A DNA stretch of 64,000 bases from a virus (Duplodnaviria > Caudoviricetes), in IMG/VR virus record IMGVR_UViG_3300031555_004710, positions 160,001 through 224,000 of that record. One strand, given 5' to 3'. The translations under genes and the position numbers were made by a program. Positions within the stretch are counted from its first letter, which is position 1; every line of letters begins with the position of its first letter. A model generated the notes under the pieces. It made no database searches, had not been told where the DNA came from, and was given only the letters and a program-made list of their open reading frames with translations. Shown here piece after piece: positions 53,464 to 62,164 of this stretch.

Positions 53464-53937
53464 ATGTATTACTCATATGCAGATATCTTAGAAAGCTATA
53501 TAATCGAACCTGCAGAAGAAAGTAAGTTAGATGGAATAAAAAATGCTTATAATACTATAAAAAATTCCAAAGGTGGAAAGGCTATAGTAACTGCAGCGAA
53601 AGGTATTGGAGCAGCATATACAATCTATAGTACTGTAAAAGGTATTGGTGGTATTGTAAAGAATAACATCTCATCTGCTAAAGGTGAAGAAATAGAAAGA
53701 TTTATAAAAAATAAATTACTTATAAAATATAGACTTATTGGAAAGCTAAAGATAATTTCTGACTATTCACCAGACAATAGTATTATTTGTGCATTATCGT
53801 CACAATCTAATATTAGTGAGGATGATAATGAAAATCTTCATTTATTATTATCGGAACTAAAGCAAAATTATAAATTTTTAAAATATCGAATAGGTTCTGA
53901 TGAAGAACATGAAGTTCTTGTTAAAATATTTTATTAA
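53464..53937 (+). CDS. putative virion head protein with propeptide
   Basis: N-terminus SYADILESYIIEPAEE, like 5790..6458. Confidence 0.5.
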   Translation: MYYSYADILESYIIEPAEESKLDGIKNAYNTIKNSKGGKAIVTAAKGIGAAYTIYSTVKGIGGIVKNNISSAKGEEIERFIKNKLLIKYRLIGKLKIISDYSPDNSIICALSSQSNISEDDNENLHLLLSELKQNYKFLKYRIGSDEEHEVLVKIFY

Positions 53938-54052
53938 AAGATAATATATAGAGACATCAGTGTCTCTATATATTATATCCGACATTTTTAAATGATTAAA
54001 CCATCTTATAATAGTTTCTAAAACTTTTTATAAAGTAAAGTAGGTGATAAAA

Positions 54053-55159
54053 ATGGAATTAAAAGATCTTGTATTGAAAAATGTTCTATATTATATGCAA
54101 ACATTTGTTATTACTGCAGGGGAGAAAACATTTGAAGTTCCTAGATCAATGATAGCAAATATAGATATTGCAAAAGAATATGATACAATGCTTTATCCGA
54201 TGTGGTATGTTTGTGTAAATGTGCCAAATTGGTTTTATACAGAAATGACAAAAAATCCTAATAATATATCAGTGTCAATGAATCTACAGTATAGATTAGG
54301 TTCAACTAATGAAAAGTTAATATCTAGTACAGGTTCATTAACTACAGAAATATCTGGAAATTTCAAAGCAATTATTCCATATACAACTCAAGTAGGAGAT
54401 CATTCACTTCAGAAAAAAATTGAAAAAGATGATGGTTCCTATAATAATAACTATAGTTACAATGAGTACGCATTCGTTGAACTATGTTTATACAATAGTG
54501 CAGCATATGCTGCATCATTCAATACATTGAATGCAGTAATATCATCATCAACTCTTACAGATGTGGTAACATACTGCTTTAATAAGTGTGGGATAAATAA
54601 TATCCTTATAAGTAAAGCGGATAATAATACAACTTATTCAGAATTTAAGATATTACCTCAAAGTGGGATGTTAAATATTCTTAGAATTGTCGAAAATTAT
54701 AAATTCCATGATAGTGGCTCAACTTTATTCTTTGACTTAACTGAATCATATTTAGTTACAAATAAAATGGGATGTCATGCTTGGAAAAATAACGAATATA
54801 AGACTACTCACATATTATCATTATCGGAATTTAGTGAAGCATTTGGTAGTGGTGACGGTATTAGCATTGATAATAAATATAAATGTAATATAATTGTGGT
54901 AAATAAATATGCTTATAATTCTCAAGATATCGGTACATCTCCAGTTGTTAAGAATACAGGAGAGACAGAATTATTTTCAGTTACAACTAAAAATGCTTTG
55001 ATAAGTACGCTTACACCTAATAAAGAATTTATAGTAAATGTAGACTCACCAGATAATAGAAATTATAATGGTAAGTATAGATTAATGGCAATGTCAGTAA
55101 ATATGGTTCCAAATGGAGAATTTTTAACTCCGACATTTACATTAACTTTAAGACGATAA
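54053..55159 (+). CDS. baseplate hub-like structural protein
   Basis: Beta-rich; C-terminal LTPNKEF..NYNGKYRL..TLTLR. Confidence 0.4.
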   Translation: MELKDLVLKNVLYYMQTFVITAGEKTFEVPRSMIANIDIAKEYDTMLYPMWYVCVNVPNWFYTEMTKNPNNISVSMNLQYRLGSTNEKLISSTGSLTTEISGNFKAIIPYTTQVGDHSLQKKIEKDDGSYNNNYSYNEYAFVELCLYNSAAYAASFNTLNAVISSSTLTDVVTYCFNKCGINNILISKADNNTTYSEFKILPQSGMLNILRIVENYKFHDSGSTLFFDLTESYLVTNKMGCHAWKNNEYKTTHILSLSEFSEAFGSGDGISIDNKYKCNIIVVNKYAYNSQDIGTSPVVKNTGETELFSVTTKNALISTLTPNKEFIVNVDSPDNRNYNGKYRLMAMSVNMVPNGEFLTPTFTLTLRR

Positions 55160-55212
55160 AAATTAAATAGATCATACTCAAATAGAGTATGATCTATTAT
55201 ATTATTTAAAAA

Positions 55213-56559
55213 TTAGCCTTCATAATCAGATGCTTCCGGAGGCATTTTTACGAAAAATTTATAACCAGATGAGAAACTCTTTTTAGCTAGAGTTGCTTGT
55301 CTAAGTTGCTCAAGAGAATCTTTCATTGCATCAATCTTACCAGACCATTTACGTACTAATGACTTATCTGGTGATATTGCTTCCTCAAAAGTATTAATTC
55401 TATCTAAAAGTTCATAAATCAAATCAAGTACAAAAATTCTATCGTGATGATTTGTAATCTTATCAACTTCTACAGCAATAGCATCAACTTCATACTGTGA
55501 AGGCATCTCTGCTTTTATTTTCTTACGACGATTAAATACCGCTTCGAGAGCAATTGATTCTGAATTCATTAATGATTGAAGTTGCTTATCAAATCTAGCA
55601 GATTCTAAAGCGTCTACAATTGGTTCATATTTCTTCATTACGTCAGGATCAGATAAAAGTTCTAAAGAATTTTCTACCACATATCCGGTATATCTTTCTC
55701 TCATCTTAAATCCTATTTTATCAAGCAGGATAATTGTGATTGCTTTTACATAATTAGATTTAGTTCTAATAGCTTTGTAATAAAGCTCATCTTTAAGTTT
55801 TTCTTTACGAAGCATTACATCAGAAATATTTTTATTGCACCACTGCATTGATGTATCGAGTTCTGCTTGCATTTGATTAGTGTTAGAATTTATTGAACCG
55901 AAATGTCTAATTATCTTATTAAAAGCTTCAACTAAGTAATCACCATAACCAAGTTCAACAACTGATTTATCTGCAATAAGTTCAACGTTTACCTGATTTT
56001 TATCATTTACCCAGCGTCTCTGCATGCAAGCAAGTGATAAAGGAATCATGTAAATGTGATACATTAATTTCTGGGTTGCTCTATCAGAAATAGTCATTCT
56101 AACTTTAGCTTCACGATATGCTCTATAGAATCCTTCTATTGGGCTATCTGAATATATCACATGCCCAATTTCATGAAGGGTAAGAGCTACTAATTCTTTA
56201 GGAGTAAAGTTTATAGTATTTCTATTAAAGAGAACTCCATCTAATTCTAAAAACCAAGAATCAATAGTTCTCCATCTTTTTGATAACTCATTAAATTTAA
56301 CAAGTTTATCAGATTCTTCATTAACAAGATCTTTACAGAATTCATCAAGTTCTTCAATTTTAGGGAACACTCTCATTCCAAAGAACTTTTCTGTCATTTT
56401 TTGGTTTGTAATCTGTACAGAAAAACTTTTATTTCTACCATCAAATGGCATTGCATTGAGGGCAGTTTCGATATCTTTACATAATTGTGATTCAGATGTC
56501 GATTTCATTATATATCTACTATATGCATTTTCTAATGAAAGTAAAATTCTTTCAATCAC
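55213..56559 (-). CDS. virion protein with HEXXH zincin-like motif
   Basis: ELVALTLHEIGH ... ELIAD..V.ELGYG; GTG start after GAGGTG; AACA-N6-TA at 56604-15 (-). Confidence 0.6.
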   Translation of the reverse strand: MIERILLSLENAYSRYIMKSTSESQLCKDIETALNAMPFDGRNKSFSVQITNQKMTEKFFGMRVFPKIEELDEFCKDLVNEESDKLVKFNELSKRWRTIDSWFLELDGVLFNRNTINFTPKELVALTLHEIGHVIYSDSPIEGFYRAYREAKVRMTISDRATQKLMYHIYMIPLSLACMQRRWVNDKNQVNVELIADKSVVELGYGDYLVEAFNKIIRHFGSINSNTNQMQAELDTSMQWCNKNISDVMLRKEKLKDELYYKAIRTKSNYVKAITIILLDKIGFKMRERYTGYVVENSLELLSDPDVMKKYEPIVDALESARFDKQLQSLMNSESIALEAVFNRRKKIKAEMPSQYEVDAIAVEVDKITNHHDRIFVLDLIYELLDRINTFEEAISPDKSLVRKWSGKIDAMKDSLEQLRQATLAKKSFSSGYKFFVKMPPEASDYEG

Positions 56560-56677
56560 AGATAAACACCTCTTTCTATAAAAAATATTTGTCATTATAC
56601 ATTTAAGGCAATGTTTTGAAACCCTATAATTTAAGATAAAAAATAAAAGCAAGTCAATGACTTGCTTTTAATGCGTA

Positions 56678-56917
56678 TTAATTTAAATTACGGATTTTAG
56701 AGAAATCCACTTGAACTGAATGGATTAACTCTTTTCCGCAACTTAGACAATTTACTTTTTCATAATAAAAGTCGACTGTTGGATTTTCTTCTATCGACTT
56801 TTTTAAATCTTTCTGATTATAGGAAAATCTAACACCACAGTCACATGTTCGTAAGAATATAATTTCATTATTAATATTTTTAAGTTCTGTAACTTTTTCA
56901 TGTAGCATATAAATCAC
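56678..56917 (-). CDS. Zn-ribbon hypothetical protein
   Basis: CDCG..CLSCG. Confidence 0.65.
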   Translation of the reverse strand: MIYMLHEKVTELKNINNEIIFLRTCDCGVRFSYNQKDLKKSIEENPTVDFYYEKVNCLSCGKELIHSVQVDFSKIRNLN

Positions 56918-56931
56918 CTCATCAATTTAAA

Positions 56932-57264
56932 TTATTGTCCATTTTTATATTCATCGGTTATTACAAATGCATCACCATTTCCAACATTGATTTTCTCTAT
57001 CTTCGTTGTACGAGCATAATCTTCACTAGTCTTACATAACATATTGCTGACTATATATGGGACATAATCAATATCACTAGCAAATGCTATGACAATTTTA
57101 TCTTCTTTAACTGCACCATTATCAAATTCTACATGACATTTATAGATATCTAAATTAGGAACCTGCTTTATTCTAGGTAAAGAATCTATATCTGTTACAT
57201 GTAGATGTGCTACTCCATGCTCACCAAATAAATCATATACATCTTTAGTATTTAAATAAGCCAT
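56932..57264 (-). CDS. hypothetical protein
   Basis: GGAGGT SD. Confidence 0.7.
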   Translation of the reverse strand: MAYLNTKDVYDLFGEHGVAHLHVTDIDSLPRIKQVPNLDIYKCHVEFDNGAVKEDKIVIAFASDIDYVPYIVSNMLCKTSEDYARTTKIEKINVGNGDAFVITDEYKNGQ

Positions 57265-57281
57265 AATAAATTATACCTCCA

Positions 57282-57611
57282 CTATCTATGAGTTATGACA
57301 TGTGTAATATCGTTTGCTATATTTTTAATACATGATAACCATCTAGGAGCATTTGTAATAGATGAACCTCCACGAGATATTTTAGCAATCTCTGGGGCAT
57401 GATTTACAAATACTTTCTCAACTTCAAAACTTAATGATTCAGGTATATTTATAACGATATCGTTATTTATAGGATTAACAAATCCTTTTACTCCACCAGT
57501 TGGTTCTTTAGAAAATACCTCGTTAAATGCTTTATTTACTTTCGGGTTTTTCATTGCCTGTAGAAACTTACGAAGTTCCTGAAATTCTCTGTTGCTCATT
57601 TGAATAGTCAT
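57282..57611 (-). CDS. hypothetical protein
   Basis: GGAGG SD. Confidence 0.7.
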   Translation of the reverse strand: MTIQMSNREFQELRKFLQAMKNPKVNKAFNEVFSKEPTGGVKGFVNPINNDIVINIPESLSFEVEKVFVNHAPEIAKISRGGSSITNAPRWLSCIKNIANDITHVITHR

Positions 57612-57701
57612 AATACTATTTAGCCTCCTATTTTTATTAATATTTTAACACAAAGTTAATTCAAATCATAAAATTTAATCATTTGAAAGGTGGTAATTTA
57701 A

Positions 57702-58301
57702 ATGCCTAAGAAAATTGAAGAAAGATTAAATATTCTTTCACCTTATAGAGGATTTATTGCTCCTATTAATATGATGGGACCTATTGTACATCCTCTTCCA
57801 GTTGATAAATCGAAAGTTGCTAAAATTATTGCAAGTGGTGCTAAGGTTTATGAATTTATACCTAAGACAAAAGAAACCATTGAGCTAACTCTTTCGAATT
57901 TAAATAATCCTGATAGATATAATTCAGTTAAAGCTCAGGAAGAAGTAAAGGCAGAAACTAAACCTGAACCAATTCCTGTTGAACCTGTTACAAAAGTTGG
58001 AGTTCCTAAAATAGAGACTCCCGTTGAAGTAATTGAAGAAGCTGCAGAAGAAGAAACTCCTGTAGAAGAAATTGTTACAGAAGAAGTAATTGAAGAAGCT
58101 CCTACAGAAGAAACAGTTGAGGAATCAATCGTAGAAGAAGAAACTGCTGAAAAAGATAACGAACTTATCACATTCCAATATAATGAAGATGGAACTGTAG
58201 ATGAATCAGTTATCGATTGGAGCAAATATACTAAAAACGAAAGAAAATCTATTCGTACTCTTATAAATGAGCATAACTCATCTATACCAGTAAATGAATA
58301 A
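57702..58301 (+). CDS. acidic Glu/Pro-rich late protein
   Basis: EE-rich low-complexity linker; AACA-N6-TA at 57647-58. Confidence 0.7.
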   Translation: MPKKIEERLNILSPYRGFIAPINMMGPIVHPLPVDKSKVAKIIASGAKVYEFIPKTKETIELTLSNLNNPDRYNSVKAQEEVKAETKPEPIPVEPVTKVGVPKIETPVEVIEEAAEEETPVEEIVTEEVIEEAPTEETVEESIVEEETAEKDNELITFQYNEDGTVDESVIDWSKYTKNERKSIRTLINEHNSSIPVNE

Positions 58302-58338
58302 TTTTAATAGAAGATAGGAAATTCCTATCTTCTATTTT

Positions 58339-59406
58339 TTATAACTTGAGTTGATATACATATTCGTTTATCTTTTCTTTAGATACACCAAAATCTTTTT
58401 CATTAGCATATACATTACGATGTATATATACTTTATCAATCCATGTTTGATAGAACGGTTTTCGTAATAATGATAAATGGTCTTTATCCGTTTTATCATT
58501 ATCAGAATATACATGTAGATTAATGTCAGTAGTAACCCCCGTATATATTAAATATTTTAATATGGTACTAAAACTGTAACCACAGCTAGCGAAAAATAAG
58601 GAGTTCTGAGAAGTTTCTGGCTTTAAATTTAAATAAACGCTCAATATATCAAATGTTCCTTCTGCAATATGAATATTAATTGGTTCTGTATATAATAAAT
58701 CAAATGTACTCATGAGAGAATAAAATGTATTTGGGCTTCTATTCAAGATATCCAGAGTAACTTTATAATATCTACCTAGAAATCCAGAGCTATCTATACT
58801 CACATCTCTAAATACAATTTTATTATTATTCGCAGATACAAATCCCAAATATTTTTCATCTAAAGTTTTTACAATTGTTGATTTTAAGCATCCACCCATT
58901 ACATCTGGTACATCTACTGGGATTTTATTTGCATCTATAAATTCCCAGAAGCTTAAAACGATTTTATATTTTGCACAATCTGAAAATGTTAAATTTGTAC
59001 CAAGTCGAGTATTTAGATAATTTAATTTACGATAATTTGTACTACTATCACTAGGTACTGGAACTATAAAATTCTTTACTTTATCTTTAAAATATGAAGT
59101 ATTTGAACTCATCCTACTTAGCAACTCAAGTTGCTTATTTAATGATTGATCATATCCCAATTGTAAATCTTCTAAAACTTGAGGAATTAATATTCCCGAC
59201 TCATTACATTTTAGACATCTATACAGCATTGGTGCATCTGAATTCAGATCTACCAATATTGAAAAATGTCCATGATTGGATTTAACACTGTCGCCACAAT
59301 ACGGACAACGAACTACCCATTGTCTCATATTTGAACTTGGTTTGCAAACTGGTAAAGTTTTTAATTGATTTATTACTTGCTCTTTTATTTCTATACCAGG
59401 TTTCAC
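58339..59406 (-). CDS. DNA primase
   Basis: Zn finger RCPYCGDS..H..YRCLKC; TOPRIM IAEGTFD and YSDND; early-type promoter at 59445-52 (-). Confidence 0.88.
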   Translation of the reverse strand: MKPGIEIKEQVINQLKTLPVCKPSSNMRQWVVRCPYCGDSVKSNHGHFSILVDLNSDAPMLYRCLKCNESGILIPQVLEDLQLGYDQSLNKQLELLSRMSSNTSYFKDKVKNFIVPVPSDSSTNYRKLNYLNTRLGTNLTFSDCAKYKIVLSFWEFIDANKIPVDVPDVMGGCLKSTIVKTLDEKYLGFVSANNNKIVFRDVSIDSSGFLGRYYKVTLDILNRSPNTFYSLMSTFDLLYTEPINIHIAEGTFDILSVYLNLKPETSQNSLFFASCGYSFSTILKYLIYTGVTTDINLHVYSDNDKTDKDHLSLLRKPFYQTWIDKVYIHRNVYANEKDFGVSKEKINEYVYQLKL

Positions 59407-59533
59407 AATTAACCACCACCATTTCTATTAACTATTTCAAATAAATAATACATGATTAAAGTTCATTTATATTTAAATTTTCTATGAGCCACGAAAAATT
59501 GATAAACGAATTTTAATGATATATTATTTGAGT

Positions 59534-60522
59534 GAGTAGTAGAATAAATATATTGGTTTTTAATAAGTTTTACATATATAGGCGTCGTGTATCTATTACT
59601 CCATGTTGATGAAAACTTTAGACGAGGATGGCATGCTCGTTGACTATGATGGTGATAGGGAAAGTCACATAGTTGCACTATAAATATAATGGCCGCATGT
59701 GGCGTGGATCAAACGTGGAGGGTCCGTCGTTATATTTATATAGTGAGCTCGGTTCTATCGTGGACTATCACGTAGGACAGCATATTGATAGATAGGCTAG
59801 GTCGGTCATGTAATGTAGCTCAGTTTACTATATAGTCATAGAATAGACCTGAAAGTCTGAGCGGGCGAATATTGAGTGGATAATCTATAATTATCGATGA
59901 GGCGAAATATCCCATGACAAAGGATGAGGTGTGGTCAAGGCAGAGAATAACTCTAGGCCTTGGTGTAATTGAAATTATAGTTATTCACTCGATTAGTAGC
60001 TTTAATTACCTTATGATACTTTTATAATACTTATTGCCACATTTGAGTATTATTTAAGTTATAAATAGATACCTGAAGTTGCCTAAAGTCTGAAATAAAC
60101 ATTTCAGAAGACAAAGCACGCCAAGCTAAGCGAGTATCGGACTTAGTGGGTTACCGAGTTTCCTGATTGGATAGTATACTAAATGACCCTGTTGTACGAA
60201 ATGGTATCCATCAACTATATTAAAAAATAAATTTATTTAAATATTATGTACTTATAGTTGATGAAAATACTCGGCGCCATAATAGTGATATTATGGGAAA
60301 GTGACTTCTGAGGGGAGGTCACTATATATAAAAACTGTATATAATTTACTTCTTCCCACCTCACTTTTATATATCGATACTATATAAAAGTATTATACGT
60401 TATGATTTCCTTCTTCCTGGAATTTTATCCCTATTCCAGTGTTTAATCATAATGTATTATTAAATGGTAAATTATATACAATATAGTTTTAGAGAAAGTA
60501 TAAAGGGTGCTTTCTCTTTTTT
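59534..60522 (+). ncRNA. putative very large (about 990 nt) structured ncRNA, unknown family
   Basis: Early promoter 59520-34; no credible ORF; raised GC; more than 15 helices; terminator 60491-60522. Confidence 0.75.
60491..60522 (+). terminator. intrinsic terminator closing the large ncRNA
   Basis: AGAGAAAGTA-N7-TGCTTTCTCT plus T run. Confidence 0.8.
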
Positions 60523-60570
60523 ATAAAAAATGTATAGAGAATGAGTATATACTCATTCTCTATATTAATC

Positions 60571-61086
60571 TTACTTATCGCTAGCTTCTGCTTTAGCTAT
60601 CTGAGCATCTATTTTACTGGTGATATCTTTACCAGCTTTAGAGTTCATGTTAGCAGCTTTATTTCTAGCATTTTTGATAATCTTCTTAGCTTCAATCTTA
60701 GCTTTTGCTCCGTATTTAACATATATCTTTTCACGAGTTTCAATAAGAAGATCTCTGTATTTTCTGTATTTACTATACATTGCATCATTATTTATCATTG
60801 CCATTCTAATAGCAGTACGCTTTGCAATACGATTAAAGTTAGCCACTTTCCAATCTTTTATAACGATTCTTTTAGCAGCTTCTGTAGCCATGTCTGCATC
60901 AGAGATTACATCATACAATGCTAATTCTGTACCAGCAGATTCAAGAACTTCAGAAAATTCTTCATCTGTAGCGCATTCATTACGAATAGCAGATAAAACT
61001 ATCTCAGATTCAATAGCAGCATTACCAATAACTGTAACGTCCTCAGCTGTAGGCATCTGCTGAAGTTCATTCATGATTCCTGACAT
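60571..61086 (-). CDS. putative virion head protein
   Basis: Acidic N-half ending in ATE, basic C-half; AACA-N6-TA at 61144-55 (-). Confidence 0.55.
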   Translation of the reverse strand: MSGIMNELQQMPTAEDVTVIGNAAIESEIVLSAIRNECATDEEFSEVLESAGTELALYDVISDADMATEAAKRIVIKDWKVANFNRIAKRTAIRMAMINNDAMYSKYRKYRDLLIETREKIYVKYGAKAKIEAKKIIKNARNKAANMNSKAGKDITSKIDAQIAKAEASDK

Positions 61087-61272
61087 AATGAATAACCTCC
61101 CAATTAAAAATAATAAAATAATAAATTAATTTTCATAAACTATTAGTCGGTTGTTTTATAAAAATTAAATTATTCGTAAAAAATACAAAATTAAATGATA
61201 TATTATTTTTATGACGATAATAAAATAATTGATCGTTATACAAAATTATATTATTATGGAGGACTTAAAATT

Positions 61273-62046
61273 ATGGAACCTTTCACTATTTATGTAAACT
61301 CGAAGGAGATTAATGACATGCAAGAACAGAGCTCATATAGTTTAGCTAGAACAAAAGCTAGACTTAGAAAAACTAGAAAAAGATTAAAATTAACTAAGTT
61401 TGTAACATTTATTATTTCAGTATTATTTATAGCTAGTTTAATATATAATGTAAATATAATAAATGCTAAAAATGAAAAAATAGAAACTCTTTCTGAGCAT
61501 TGTCAAACTCTTGAAAAAAACTTACAAACATTATTAGATGAATCTATTGAAGACGAGACAACCACAAAAGATATAGATTCATTACCTTCAAAATTTGCAG
61601 CAATTCCTTTAAGTGATGATTTAAAGAATTACATCTACACATCGGCAATCGAAGCAAATATTCCAGCAGAAATTATGTTTAGTATGGCTTGGAAAGAAAG
61701 TACATTTAATCCAAATGCAAAATCTGAAACAAATGACCATGGATTATTCCAAATCAACGAATGTAACTTTGAAAGATTAGCGACGGAGTTTGGTTATACA
61801 TATAAAGAAATGTGTAAAAAAATCTATGATCCATATGTGAATACCGACTGTTCAATTTACATTATTAAAGAGTACCGCGATAATTATCATAATGATAATT
61901 GGCATCATGTATTAATGAGATATAACATGGGACCTAATAAGGCTAACGCACTATTCAAATCAGGTGTATATTCATCTAATTATAGTAGAGCTATAGTTTC
62001 ATATGCACAAAATAACTTCAATATTTCTGATATTGACGTTAACTAA
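61273..62046 (+). CDS. membrane-anchored lytic transglycosylase (SLT domain)
   Basis: TM FVTFIISVLFIASLIY; AWKESTFNPNA..GLFQIN..YNMG; early promoter at 61199. Confidence 0.85.
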   Translation: MEPFTIYVNSKEINDMQEQSSYSLARTKARLRKTRKRLKLTKFVTFIISVLFIASLIYNVNIINAKNEKIETLSEHCQTLEKNLQTLLDESIEDETTTKDIDSLPSKFAAIPLSDDLKNYIYTSAIEANIPAEIMFSMAWKESTFNPNAKSETNDHGLFQINECNFERLATEFGYTYKEMCKKIYDPYVNTDCSIYIIKEYRDNYHNDNWHHVLMRYNMGPNKANALFKSGVYSSNYSRAIVSYAQNNFNISDIDVN

Positions 62047-62164
62047 AAAATAGCAAAAGACTTTAGGAAAATTTAAAGATAATTTATTATCTCATATTTC
62101 CTAAAGTCTTTTCTTTTTTTGTATTCTACACTGAATTAATATATTATTTATATGAGGTGATATA

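Noticed and set aside
59463-59678. 71-aa minus-strand ORF
   Set aside because: No SD; antisense to the structured RNA and spans its promoter
60270-60325. Group II intron reading of the 1-kb RNA (CGC..GTGA hairpin followed by TTCTGAGGGGAGG)
   Set aside because: No GUGYG start, no canonical DV stem and bulge, no interrupted host gene or RT; the element has its own promoter and terminator
60541-61063. Plus-strand ORFs 60541..60924 and 60620..61063, and other antisense or nested ORFs in the track (e.g. 352..672, 2059..2544, 12006..12362, 31703..32212, 57935..58225)
   Set aside because: Shadows of well-supported genes on the opposite strand or frame, without SD sequences
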